DNA from: Paraspadella gotoi
Lineage: Eukaryota; Animalia; Chaetognatha
DNA length: 64,000 nt
Assembly (NCBI GenBank): GCA_051294375.1
Contig: CM119264.1
Span: 3,780,381-3,844,380 of the forward strand
Direction of reading: 5' to 3'
In this document: in pieces, positions 1 to 13,100 of the stretch
Layout of the letters: every line of letters starts with the position of its first letter
Numbering within the stretch: the first letter of the stretch is position 1
Position numbers and translations under genes: made by a program
The notes under the pieces: model-generated
Database searches by the model: none
What the model saw: the letters and a program-made list of their open reading frames with translations, nothing else
What the model was told of the DNA's origin: nothing

Positions 1-1949
1 TCACAATAAACTAATTTTTTACTTGTTTTAAATGTAAGGTTTTTTCAAAACAAAAATCCTTGAAGATGACATTATAGCAATAATCCTGATATCAACAGTA
101 CGACGAAGGTTGACATCTTCAGAAATGATGCTGATATCATATGAGGCAAAGATTTAAAGCAATGGAATTTTATGGGAAAAAAAAACCCTTTATTTCAATT
201 TCCCAAAAAGACCAAATCCCATCTACTACCATCTTTGTTAAAAGTATTAATAAAAAGGATAACTATTTCCCAAAAGCTTTTGAAGGTATCACATTTATTG
301 TCTAAGTATCAAGCAATTATAGTTTTGAAATTTTGATAAATGTTTTTAGGCAACCTTTTTTTAAAAATGGTAATTCACGGTCTAGCTTTATTCAACCTCT
401 GGAGTGCCTACCTCCCAGGGATTTACTTACAGCAACTAGGATAACAGTTTTTTTTAAAAATATGAAACATGCCATTTCAAAATGGTCTACAAAATAATTA
501 TGATAATGATATATGATATTGGTAAGAATAGTAATACAATTTACTAAACATTCTTTCGATGTTTTCTAACTAACAGCGTGGGTTCCCTATATGGAGCCCG
601 GCTGCCAATTTTCAGTGAAGGTAACATTCAAAAATTCAATGAAGTAATTAATTAATTTATAAAAAAAATTATTTATATAATTTAACAGTTTTTGATTTTG
701 ATTCATGGTGGGCTGAAAATTTTTGACATTTAGTGAAGACGTTTACAGCAGGATATCAAAGAAGGCTTTCATAGTATTAGTGCATCAAGTTTTACCGCTG
801 GAATTTAAAATTCCAGGGTTGAAAAAATAATATCATTTTTCCCTAAATATATGAACTATGTGATATGAATATAGTAGTCAATTGCGAATGTTCCAAAGCG
901 TTAGACAGACCAAGGCCTCAAAAGAAGAATCATGCGTTATTAAAAAATTTGAAAAAGTGGCTGGAAATCCAAAAAAAAAAATGAAAATGAATCAAAAATC
1001 ATTTTTACCAAAATACAAACGTTTTTCCCTCATTAATTCATTATTATTGTTCAGTATTTTAGTAAGTAGTTCCAAATAAAAAGAAACAATAGTTTTATTG
1101 CTACTTGAAAATGAATATGTTCCTGTGAAAGTCTGACTTTTTATATTGATCAATAAGGGGTTTATAATCAATTTCCTTGTCTAAATAACTAATTACCAAT
1201 ATTGTGGAATCTTACAAATAAACATATATAATTATATAATATAAATATAATTATATATTGGTTATACATTTAATTAAATTCAACCCACAACATGAATCAA
1301 AGTGTTGGTATCGGTATTACACTAGTGGTGAGCTGTTGACTGTAAAATAAAGAAATTGCTTATCAATATTGATCGATCTCCAAAAAAAAAAAAATATTTT
1401 GGTTAAAATTCGGTTTAAGGCTATTCCTCTAGGCTGATGGAAACGTTTGGTGTATTATTTTTCTTAAAACTATTCTTTCACCAGTACATTTCCAAAAAAA
1501 TTAGCTGACAATTTATTGATGAACCAATATTAAAGTCAACAACCTAATCCTATACCTAGTAAAGTAAGCGTAGTGAAAGTTTCAGATCAAAAATATTTGA
1601 AAATAGTTGTTCATAACCAGTCTTGCTACCAAAGAACATGATATATTAAATTTTTAAAAAAATTTTGTTAATTTTCGCATAGTTACTTACCATTAGGAAA
1701 ATGTCAAAATTTAAAATTTTTTTTTTTTTTAGTTTTGAAAGCAGATTCTACATTCACTCATAAAAAGTTAATTTAAAGAAAAAGTCTTAATTCAAAATGT
1801 TTCATTAGTAGCTAAAATTAAAAAAACTAGATTTTTCTATACTAAAAATAAAATTATAGGTTAATAATAATAGTTTTTTAAACATTTTGACCCACTTAAT
1901 AAAATAATTTTTTAAATTTTAAAATTTCCTTTTATCAACTTTTTCAGTC

Positions 1950-2090
1950 CCAGTCTTTCCCTGAGATCTAAAATAGGCTGGCGGATGTAGCGATCGTCGA
2001 CGAATCCCTCACCAAAAATGATCCGTCGGGTTTGGAGGACACATCCCGTTGGCCTCCCTCCCAACTCAGGGGACCCCAGTACCATCCGCT
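1950..2090 (-). CDS. SH2-domain exon of a SOCS6/7-type suppressor of cytokine signalling (frameshifted, probably by sequencing indels)
   Basis: After the acceptor tctcgcacag it reads SGWYWGPLSWE..SSKPDGSFLVRDSS. With frame correction it continues DRYI.SL.FRSQGKT, matching the SOCS6/7 SH2 N-terminus (GWYWG, FLVRDS). Confidence 0.8.
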
Positions 2091-2214
2091 CTGTGCGAGA
2101 AAATTAGAAGGCACGCTTGATTGTAAGTTTCTTTGATAGGGAAGCCAGGTACTCTGGTGTGAAATAACGAGACTGTGAGAGAGTCTTAATTGAAAGCTTG
2201 CAGGGACCTGCGAT

Positions 2215-2765
2215 GTCATTATCTTGTAAGAGGATGAAGGCCTTAACCACCAAAGCCTTGTCCCAAAGTCAGGGGCAAGATAGCTTATTATTAAATGAAT
2301 GGATAATTTTTATATTGGTCTTGTACCAGTCTCCATAAAATTCAAAGCTCCTTGTATTTGAGTAGGCGCAATTCAGAAATCTACGTGTCGCGAGAAGAGT
2401 AATAAGCAAAATATAATTAAATCTCCCCAGATTTTTATATATTTGAGATGGAGTGGTCTTTCATACAATTGGAAACAAGTTACCCAGTATTGAGTGCAAG
2501 ACGCCGTAATTTATCCGCGCGACAGTTCATGATGAGGGAACGCTGAGAATAACATCTAGGCGCGAGCTCGGAATAAACGAAGACCTGGCGATGAGAGAGT
2601 CCTGTATGTATATTCGATTGCAGGGGGATGCGACTGACTGAGGTCATTATCTATGTCTAAAGGAGTCAGAGTAGAGAATTGGGAGAGGCCTGCGACCACC
2701 CTGCAAAGCCTGTCCGAGCGCCAATAACAATCGGGGGCAAGATAGTCTATTTATTAAATGAATGT
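2215..2765. repeat. Dispersed repeat fragments of unknown family
   Basis: The motif gaaggcc...aagtcagrggcaagatagcttatt(t)attaaatgaat occurs at ~2235-2330, again degenerate at ~2685-2765, and at ~11460-11545 and ~19620-19700. Confidence 0.55.
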
Positions 2766-5700
2766 TGCACTAGCGAGGTGTGTCGCCTTCTTTTGTATCT
2801 TTTTGGGTTTTATAGTGTACCCCAATCATTACTGCGTATTATAATCAAAGAGAGGTTTTTTGCCAAACCATTAGTAACCTTATATGGGATTGACCTTCTG
2901 TTCCAAAATAGATTAGTTTCTTCTTTTTCATAAATTAGATGTAACGTTGTGCTATTATGTCTCTTATAAAGCGTATGCAGACTGCGCGAATTGGGTTTTA
3001 TATCTCAATATTACTCATTGTTTTTTATTACAAAAAGAAAAAAATATTTATAGTTCAATGAAATAATACTAAGTGTAGTTTATAATCATAAATAAGAAAT
3101 GATTTCTCTAACGCCAAGCTCCTCCTTTTGATATTAAATACTCTTATATTCCTATTTTATACCCATACAATTTCATTTCACTTACGTCAACTTTCATACA
3201 CATTAATTTAGTATATTTTAACAAGACAGACTAAGAGGTAATGTAAAGAGGATATGAGATTTTGATATTAACCTGAGATGAAAATATTTAATTAAATCAT
3301 TATTCAGTATATTTTATATTCTTATTCAATATTTATTTATTATGACTTTAATTCCATTTTATTAAATCAAACGTGATATATATGTTTATGTGCTTAATGT
3401 CAGTAAAAACATATTATTATATAAAACACTACTGCGCGCACCATATTTTAATGTGTAAGAATATGAGTATGCAAATTATAAACATAATATATTAACTGGG
3501 TATCATTTTTTCAAAACTTGGCATTATTTTTTAACACTCGCGTAATTATTTACTCTTAGGAAAATATATTATTAATTTTACAATGTGCAACTCAATTTGT
3601 TTTTATATTTTGCATGTAATGTTTCTCTTCCCTCCTAACCTATATCATGTTTTTGAAATTTTCGCAATATAATGTATTGTAAATCGAAAACTAAATCTTT
3701 ACTTGAATATAGATGTAATTGTCATACTTGAATTAGTTTGGTATTAACTACCCCTTGTATATGTTAATAGCGGTCTATATATTAGAATTGTTGCATAATT
3801 TTTTTAAAAAATTTGGATTTTTGAGTATGAAACTTGTCTCATCATTTATTTTCAACTTAAATATTTCAGTGTTTTTATTACTTCGCCCGATTATTCTGGT
3901 TTAATTGTATTATATTTTACTACTCTGTCTAATTCCTTTCTTTAACTTCCTAATTCATCTTTTCTATTGTAACTATTCTACTTTTGCTCTTCACCTCTAT
4001 TTTAACTTCGCATACTTTCTCCTTTAAAATTGTACTATTCTTCTCTTCTACCTTTCCTCACTTTTTTTTTCTTTTATCACTTGTATTATTGTCCTTTATC
4101 CACTTGTCATCTCAATCATTCTCTTATTTTCACTTGCGTTTCATACGTCTTTTAATCTCCTTATACTTAATCTTTTACTTCCTTAACCCTCCTTTCTCTC
4201 TAGTTTCCTTTCACATCTGAGTATTCAATTGTATTCTCTGGAAGACAAAATTACTCAATTCTCGAGTTTTATAAAGAGGACTATATATTCATATATAATA
4301 ACCAGGATTGGTACAACATTCTCATCGTTGAACAAATTATCCATTCATTTAATAAATAACTGTCTCAATCCCTCTCCGCGACTTGATGTCACGAATTGAC
4401 TCTATATTTTAAACGAGCGACTCAGGACAACTCTGTGCCACTAATTAATAACGTTTTTCCATCTATATCTATTATTCAAAATATAAAATAATTTATATTT
4501 TTATTTTATTTTATTCAAAATATAAAAAAACAACTTAAAAAAAACTGAAAAACAATTTTCAAAAATGAATGTTAATTTATTGCTAAGAATTGATGACAAA
4601 AAACATAATTGAAAAGCAAGAGGATAAGGAGCATTGAAGAGGCGCACGCTGAACTAAGTGCGATAGTCGACAGAGTAGCGTGACGCACTTAGTAGAGAGC
4701 TTCGACTAAGAGACGAGCAGCAGAGAGAATCCTCCCAACAATGAGAGGACCAAAGAGAGATAAGCAAGAGAGACAGAGATAGGGGCTTAAGAGAAGAAGA
4801 AAGTAAGAGAGATAGAGGAAGCAGAGAGATAAAAAATATAAGAGAGATAGAAACGAAATAAAGACATAAGAGAAATACGGTATGGCTAAAAAAAAGCGAA
4901 AAAAGGAAAGAAAGGAAAAAAAGAAGGGAAGAAGGAGAGGAAGAGTCATTTATTTAATTAAAAATTAAATTAAATTAATATTGAAAAGATAAAATGCTAA
5001 CATACTTGTCAAGTTTTTTTTAGTATATTTTGTTATTATTTAGGCCATTGTGTAGGCTGCATATTTGGCCAATCTAGTGCATTGCCTGGAAAAACAAAAT
5101 GAATTACTAATTAGGGAATAAGGGCACAGGGAAGAAGGACACAAAAGAAGGAAGGAGAAAAAAAATAGACAGACGACAATAGAGACTGACCAGATAGAAT
5201 TAATGTAAAGAATTAATAGTTGTTAATAATAATAATCAGCAGTGCAAAACCAAAGTCATTCTAATGATATGAATTTTTAAAATCTTTTTTTTTCTTTATT
5301 TGTCTGTTTTATTTTATTTTATTTATTTTCTTTGCGTTTTAAAGAAGAGTTATTTTAGCTGGATCTGCTTATAGCAAATCTTGGCTTTATAATTCAACTT
5401 TTTTGGTCCATCTATCCCACCCTAAAATCTAAAAAATTATAACAAAACTTTAAAATTCAATTAAAAAACAATTTGCTTGAATCATAATTTTTTGACTTCA
5501 CTACAGTGTAGTAAAGTAATTTTTTTGTGTTTCAAAAATGGTTATTTTTATTTTCTTTTATGGGGTATCTAGGGTCGGTACCGTATAGAAGTCAGACATA
5601 TTTTTGCCCATTCTCAATTTATGTCTTAGGTGAATATTATTCATAAATATTGCTTTACTACAAAAAATTTATAATACAATTTTTATATAATAAATATTCA

Positions 5701-5985
5701 TTAGTACGATGTGTTTATTCTTACTTTTAGAAAATTTTATTTAAAGTTAATTTAAATTTTTACTATCTTTTTAAGGACAAAAGAGATTAAGAGTGAATAA
5801 AAAGAAATGAAAGAAGTCACTATAAGAATAAATCTGTCCTTATTCTCAGCTGTCCTTATTCTCAATAATATTCTTTTCCTAAGTATTTTTTTGAAGCTTT
5901 ATTCTTTTCTCTCTCTATTTCTTTTTTTTTTTCTTTCATTATAAAAATTGTTTAAAATATATTTTTGTGTTAAAAATATTTAGAT

Positions 5986-6148
5986 GAAAACAAAGTTTTT
6001 ATTAGTTTCAACGAATTTTGTTTTTATGCGGAAAACAGACATGTTTCGGCTTTTGGTTTTCAAGCCTTCTTCAGTGAAACCAAAGCCGAAACATGTCTGT
6101 TTTCCAATAAAACAAATATCGTTGAAACTAAATAAAACTTTGTTTTTC
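5986..6148. mobile_element. Fold-back palindrome carrying a Penelope-type minimal hammerhead ribozyme (copy 1)
   Basis: Imperfect inverted arms of ~75 bp (5986-6061 and 6076-6148) flank the 14-nt spacer aagccttcttcagt. Confidence 0.8.
6032..6076 (-). ncRNA. Minimal type I hammerhead ribozyme motif
   Basis: The minus strand reads CA-CTGAAGA-A-GGCTT(gaaaaccaa)AAGCC-GAAA-CATGTC-TG. This gives the CUGAnGA core, stem II, GAAA, a palindromic ACATGT stem III and a GUC cleavage triplet. Only 2 bp of stem I remain. Confidence 0.7.
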
Positions 6149-6231
6149 TCTTAAATCATTTACAACGCCCATACATACAGTGATTATCACCNNNNNNNNN
6201 NNNNNNNNNNNNNNNNATGAACCCAGACTCC

Positions 6232-6347
6232 CGTTAATGTAAGTGGGACAGACCGACGACAGATATACCGACCAACCGACTGACAGATAGACCGACCGAC
6301 AGACCGACCAAAAAGTGACTTGAAGTACTCGCGGCGCAACTAAAAAT
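6232..6347 (+). mobile_element. Helentron/HINE-like element 3' end (GACC/GACA microsatellite); second copy at ~11735-11867
   Basis: An (accg/acag)n array is followed by aaaaagtgactt...tcgcgg(t)gcaactaaaaa, the layout typical of DINE-1/HINE ends. The family assignment is inference. Confidence 0.5.
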
Positions 6348-6818
6348 CTATGTCATATACATTATCCTCTCTCTCTCTCTCTTTCTCTTCCTTCAATCCA
6401 ATTCATTATATTTCCTTCCTTTTTCTCTTTCTTCTCTCTGTCTCTTTTTTCCCCTCCCCTCTTTCCCTCCTCTCTATATTCTTCACCCCTCCCTCTCCCC
6501 CATCTCTTCCCCTCCTCCTCCCTTCCTCTCTTCCTCCTCTTCCCCTCTTTCCTCGTTCTCCTCTCCCCTCTCTTCTCTCCTCTCCTCCTCTTTTCCCTCC
6601 TTCCTCTTCCCCCTCTTCCTCCTCGTACCTCTCCTCCTATTCTCCCTCCTCCTCCTCTCCCCTCTCCCCCTCCTCTTCCTCCTCTTCCGCCTCCTCCTTC
6701 TCCTCCCTCCTCCTCCCTCCCTCTGCCCCTCTTCTCTCCTCATCTTCCTCCCCTCCTCTCCTCCCTCTTCCTCCCTCCCTCTCCCTCCTCTTTCCCCCTA
6801 CCCCCCACCAATAACCAG

Positions 6819-6997
6819 ATTCCGCAAAGTGCCCTCCTTCATCACATCTGCCGATTCGCGATCCTCAAAAACGTCCGCGAGACAAGATCGAGGATCTGCG
6901 GATTCCAGAGCGACTCAAGACTTACCTTCGTGAGCCGCAGTATTTGGCCGAGGAAATCACGGATGACGAAGAGATGGCGAGCGGGGTCACGAGGTAA
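6819..6997 (+). CDS. SOCS-box exon of a SOCS6/7-type gene (copy 1; small indels)
   Basis: After a ~450-nt polypyrimidine tract and the acceptor accag, the two copies together read [59 protein letters not shown]. This fits a SOCS box (SL.H.CR...LP..LK.YL). It ends at TAA 6995-6997 or splices at the overlapping GTAAGT. Confidence 0.8.
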
Positions 6998-7124
6998 GTT
7001 TGGGGTGAGGTGGCGGAGTGAGGGTGAGGTGGAAGAGCGGCGGGAGGTCTGGCATATTTTTATTGAAAATTTAAGTGATTCACGAAAATATAAATTTATA
7101 AATTATTTTTATATTATTATATTA

Positions 7125-7161
<37 letters not shown>

Positions 7162-8740
7162 TTATTTATTATTATTATTATTATTTATTATTATTATTAT
7201 ATATTATTATTTATTTATTTATAAATCGCCGTTATTTTTTTTTGGGGGGGAAGGAACTAATTTTAAAAGTGTATTCTTTTAAGAAATAATAATTGACTGT
7301 TTCAAATCAATTTGAATTTGAAGTTTTAACCATTTGTTTCAACCCAATTCAGAAGGAAGTCACGGGGCCCGACAACCGAGACGAACGTCTTGCTACCGAA
7401 TGCCGAATGAAGAATAAACGAACCAAAAATCAATTTCGATTCACGCGTCACGCAAAAAATCTCACGCCAACGCGTCACACGCAGAATTTTAACGCCAATC
7501 CGTAACGCGTCACCTCGATTGGTCAATCGTCACCCCGTCACGCCGTCATCGCACCGGTCCAAACTAAACCGTCACAATTGGCACAATATGTTTTCGTTTT
7601 TATCAATTATGTATTGACAAACTTACAATCTGTTTTTATTTTCCGCATTAAATGTCGTTGACTAATTGTAAAACTTCGGATGGGGGAAAATTTTAAAATA
7701 CACATGAGCGAGAGAGAAAATGTTTTATTATTTGCAGAATAAAAAACAACTTTTAAACGCTCCGGACAATTTTCTTTTCAGAGATATTTCAAATTAAGTC
7801 GCAAAAAATTCAGATAGAAAATGAAAAAAAAAAATCAACGATTATTTCTTAAATTATTGCATAAAAATATCATATAATTATGCATTTGTGGATAAGGCGC
7901 TAAGTGAAAAATTAAATTTGACCCAAAGTATTTTTAAAAAAATAACACCATTTATTTTTCACCAGCTAAATATTGCAAACAATAATAATAAACCAAACAT
8001 CAATTGTGCTATTGTGGACACAACAAGTTTCAGGGTAATCACCTTGAATCGGTCATATATCCAGCGAAAAAAAGAAAATAAGGTATAAACAATTTAATTT
8101 TAGTTAATATAGTTAATGTTAAATGACTGATTTTCGTTAGAAATAGTTTATTTTAAAGATTACTTTACTGTATTTGTTGTAATGATATCAATGAATACTA
8201 GAGAGCCTTCGAGGATTTTAGAATTCGGCCTAATAATTTCTGTTTTTCCATTAGATAATTATAAAACTAAGGAATGCTCCGCATTTGTCATCTTAACTTT
8301 CAATGTTTGTTGCAATCGATTGTAATCGATGTGAGAAGTTGAACAAAAAACTTTGTTTTCATCCTTGGAATCGAGAATGTAAATAATTTCCTCTGATTTC
8401 TTTCTCTGATCAAAGAAAACAATTTGATTTGATTTCTGAAGCTCAACTTTTTCACAAAAAAACCTAACTGATTTTCTGTCTCAATCCATTGACTCGCAAA
8501 AATATTTTTTCGTTTGTGTAAAAAAAATCTCGTCATAAGAAAACAAATGAATGAAAATCGCGGGAAACTTTTCGTGAAAATAATTAAATATATTTTTCTT
8601 GGTCGGATTGGGTTCGCCCAAAATCGTTTGCATCACGTGTGAAGCTTGTATTTTGTATTGTCCGTTTTTTTCCCAAACATCGATTCCATGATAGACGCGG
8701 CTGATACTCAGGGGTTGGATCTGAAGAGAGGAGAAATCAT

Positions 8741-8910
8741 CTTCCATCCCTCGACATTCCTTACTTCTTCACTTATTGTCTTCCATGCCTTGACATTCCT
8801 TACTTCTTCATTCATTGGCTTCCATGCGTCGACATTCCTTACTTCTTCACTTATCGTCTTTCATGCCTGGACATTCCTTACTTCTTCATTCATTGGCTTC
8901 CATGCGTCGA
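8741..8910. repeat. 39-bp minisatellite, about 4-5 units
   Basis: The unit is approximately catgcgtcgacattccttacttcttcacttatcgtcttc. Confidence 0.9.
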
Positions 8911-10112
8911 CAGTTCTAATTTAATTTCATATTTTTCGTACTTTGGAAAATTAATTGTTATTCAATTGAATTTGTACATTTTGAAAAGTCCTGTTTTTTC
9001 GCCTTTTCGGAAACCGATTCTTGTTTTTGCAAATAGCTCAATTCATAGATTTTTTTGCAAAATCTTTTGGAAAAAGATAGTTTATTATCTGTAGAGAAAT
9101 TTATAGTGATTTTCCGAGCACCCGTTTTACCACCTATTAGACAAAGTTTATGATCGATTAATAAAATAGTTTTTTATAATTTCTATTATTATTTCAAATC
9201 TTTGCTTAATTGATTTTTTGTTACACAGTCAACGACTCGCCTAATTGCTTACCTGGCTTGAGTAAATAGTAGCATTTTCAATTAACTGGATCGGACCAAC
9301 AGAATGACGAACATAAATATAAAAAGAAACATGTTTTTTCCTCATTTTAATTTCTCTGGTTGAGCTAATGCAAAATTACAGATAATCACTAGATTACCAA
9401 CACAATTTACAATTGAAAATATTTAGTTAAAACAAGTCAACGAATCAAACATTAGGTATTTAAATATTTCCAGTGATCATAAAAATAAGAAACTCACAAA
9501 ATAATTTTTGGCATTGACAAATCAAACAAAATATATTATATATTTATGAATAATAAGATTATATAAGAAATGATATTTTTCAAATTTAAACTCAAATGTA
9601 GAAATTTTTTACTCTAAACCAAAAAAAATGAAAGTAAACAGTGAGGCGTAAATTGTAAAAGGTTGAAAGTTCCGGGAAAGGGAGAAATAAGAATTAATAA
9701 ATGAGGGGACAAAGATCCCAAAAAAAATGGCTGCTACGGAGACGAAAGAGAGAGAAAGAGAAGAGAGAATGAGAGAGAGAGAGAAGAGAGAGAGAGGAGA
9801 GGAGGAAGAGAGAGAGAGAGAGCCTTTAAAACCATTTTTGAGATGCATCTCTGAGGCTGGGAAATTCGTATCTCTCTCCGAATCCCGTCACCGATGAAAT
9901 GAAGTCGGCGTTGAACATGTTTTTCTGAGAGAAAGAGAGAGAGAAGAGAGACTAGACGAGAGAGAGACGAGAGAGGAGAGAGACTGAGACGAGCATGAGA
10001 GAGAGAGAGAGACAGAAAAAGAATATGGTTTAAAGTAAAATGGGACAAGGAAAAGGTTCTCAAAAATTTTTATGACAAAATATTATAGCCCACATTATTT
10101 GGTACGTATATT

Positions 10113-13100
10113 TTAATTTTTAGGTATTTGTTGTACCTGATGAGTCTCCATCCAATTTTCCAAGACTTTTTTCTGGTCAATCCGATCTGCAATGAAAGGC
10201 TGATTGACGAGAATGACTGTCGTACCCAGGGCAGTGATGATTACGAAGATGTAAAGGAGAAGCCGATCTGAATATTAAAAAATTATTTAGAAATATTTTG
10301 AAATATTTAGAAAGAAAACAGGGCGTAGGTATCTAAATACATAACAATTATTGAATCTTCAGATAGATTACAATTAAATGAATACAAATATTTAAAAATT
10401 ACGGGAAAACCGGATTAGAATATAAAGAAATGATTATTTCTTTAGAAAGAGGACAAATAGATGGGAAGTAAAACCTTATTTGAAACCAAGGAAAAGATTT
10501 AAAAAGATAAATACGAAGATCTTGAGCAGAATCCGATATGAATACTAAAAAATAAAATAAATAAATATGAACCTAAAATATAATATTTCCCGTCTCGATC
10601 TCACTGCACTGTCAAGAAAAAAAAAGAATAAAAAAAGCCCGATGTTCTTTTGGTTTTCAATTTTAGATAATCAACTAGAAGATATCACTTCCGTCCTCAA
10701 GTGGCCAACTTTAAAAAATTAAAATGAACAACGAAAAATAATGTTGAACAGTAGAAACTAAGACAGAGAAAGAGAGATAGAGAGAGCAAAGGACGAGAGA
10801 GAGAGTGAGAGAAGAGAGGAGAGAGACGACTGATGACGAGACCGAGAAAGAGAGGAGGCGAGAGAGAGCAGAGAGAGACAGAGTTGCAGAACGCGAAGTG
10901 GCTGTTGAAAAAACCGCAAAGAAGAGACGGATGTGTCGACAAAGAAGTTAAAGCCAAAAACAAGCATTAAAAAAAATAATAAATATAAAAATAAAATATG
11001 ATGATTTGTTTCGGTCTCGATTAATATCGTATTTTTAAAAATTTAATTAGTTCTTCAAATTATCTGTCCTGACGAAATAAAAAAAAAATTCAAACGATTT
11101 AGTGCTGTTTTATTTGTTTATTTTTATTTTAAGTTTTAAAACAATTTTTTTTTTAAGTGAAAGTTTTCTAAAATACTCCTCACAGTAAGAGCTAATTGTG
11201 ATATTTCAAAACCATTTATAAACATAAAATATATATTATATTTTCGTTCTGTTAATTAAAATATTTATATTTTGTTGAATTGTAAACTGTACAATTTATG
11301 CGTTTATCTGTAATGCTGTATGCCCTTTTGAATGTACTGTTTCAACTAATTGTTGTAAACGAATAAAACACATATATATTGAATGTGAACCATAAATTGG
11401 ACTGTGAGGGAGTTATGATTAAAAGCTAACCCGGCCTTGCTACGTTACTATTATGTAAGATGGACGAAGGCCTAAACCGAAGTCAGAGGTAAGATAGCTT
11501 ATTTATTAAATCAATAGATAATTACTATATTGGTTGTACCAATTTTACGTAAAGAAAGAGAGAGATCTTTAATCACATGATATGATATGACAATGACAGA
11601 ACATGAAAGAAGTTCAAAAACCTTTCCTAGCCCTTGTATTTATGAAATGTACTGCTAGTTCTTTATTTCTTATAGATTTGAGGTTTTCGGTCTCTTCACA
11701 AATAAAACTAACTATAGGAGAATTAATATGCATTAATGTAATGGGCACAGACCGACGGACAGACATAAATGCGACCAAACAGACCGACAGATAGACCCAT
11801 CGACCGACCGACAGACCCGACGAAAAGTGACTTTGTAGACGAGTACTCGCGGTGCCAACTAAAAATCTATATCATATTACTCTTCTCTCTCTCTCTCTCT
11901 CTTTTCTCTTCCTTCAATCCCAATTCATTATATCTTCCTTCTTTTCCTTTTTATTTTCTTCTCTCTGGTCACATTCCCTCCCTCGCCTCTCTCATATTCT
12001 TCCACCCTCCTCTCACCCTCATCTTTCCCTCCTCCTCCCTTCCTCTCTCCTGCCTCTACCCCCTTCCCTCTTCCCCCTCTTCCTCAGTTCCTCTCCCCTC
12101 ACTCTTCTGCCTCCCTCCCTCCTCTTCCTCCTAATTTCCCTTCCTCCTCTTCCCCTCTTCCTCTCTTCTCGTACCTCTCCCCCTCCTCTTTCCTCCTCTC
12201 CTCCCTCCTCTCCCCTCCTCTTCTCCTCCGTCCTCTCCTCCCTCCTTCCCTACTCCCTCCTCTCACCCCTCCTCTTCCACCCACCCCCCCACCAATAACC
12301 AGATTCCGCAAAGTGCCCTCCCTTCATCACATCTGCCGATTCGCGATCCTCAAAGCGTTCGTCGAGACAAGATCGAGGATCTGCGATTCCAGAGCGACCT
12401 CAAGACTTACCTCGTGAGCCGCAGTATTTTGGCCGAGGAAATCACGGAATGACGAAGAGATGGGCGAAGCGGGTACGAGGTAAGTTTGGGGGTGAGGTGG
12501 CGGAGTGAGGGTGAGTGAAAGAGCCGGGTCGGGGAGTCTGGCATATTTTTATTGAAAATTAAGTGATTCACGAAAATAATAAATTTATAAATTTATTTAA
12601 ATTATTATTCTTTATTATAATTATTATTATTATTATTATTGATTATTATTGTTATTATTTATTATTATTATTACTATTATTTTTTTAATTTATTTATTTA
12701 ATTTATTTATTTATAAATCGCCGTTATTTTTTTTTTGGGGGGGGAAGGAAACTAATTTTAAAAGTGTATTCTTTAAGAAATAATAATGTGACTGTTTCAA
12801 TAACATTTGAATTTGGAAGTTTTAACATTTTTTTCAAACCCAATAACAGAAGGAAGTCACGGGGCCCGACAACCGAGAACAACCTCCTGCGAACGAATGA
12901 AGAATAAAGAAACAAAATCATTTCGATCACGCGGTCCAATCGCAAAAAATCTCAACGCCAACCGCGTCACACGCAGAATTTTAACGCCAATCCGTTAACG
13001 CGTCCACCTCGATTGTCAATCCGTCACCCGTCAACGCGTCATCGCACCGGTCCAAACTAACCCGTCACACTTGGCAACAATAACGTTTTCGTTTTATCAA

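Larger units (their letters stand above)
6232..11555. repeat. Copy 1 of a ~5.3-kb tandem segmental duplication (copy 2 ~11735-19712)
   Basis: Both copies contain, in the same order, the microsatellite, the CT tract, the SOCS-box exon, (TAT)n, the 39-bp minisatellite, the nAChR last exon and AG tracts. Copy 2 has many 1-bp indels. Confidence 0.9.

Noticed and set aside
6350-6814. S/P/L-rich and R/E-rich ORFs here and at 11769-12311, 20422-20873, 21788-22252 and 27106-27489 (+)
   Set aside because: They are translations of CT/AG microsatellites or the antisense strand of real exons.
8715-8740. Other CTGAnGA matches (8721, 10137, 11070) as hammerheads
   Set aside because: They lack a paired stem II followed by GAAA and a cleavage triplet.
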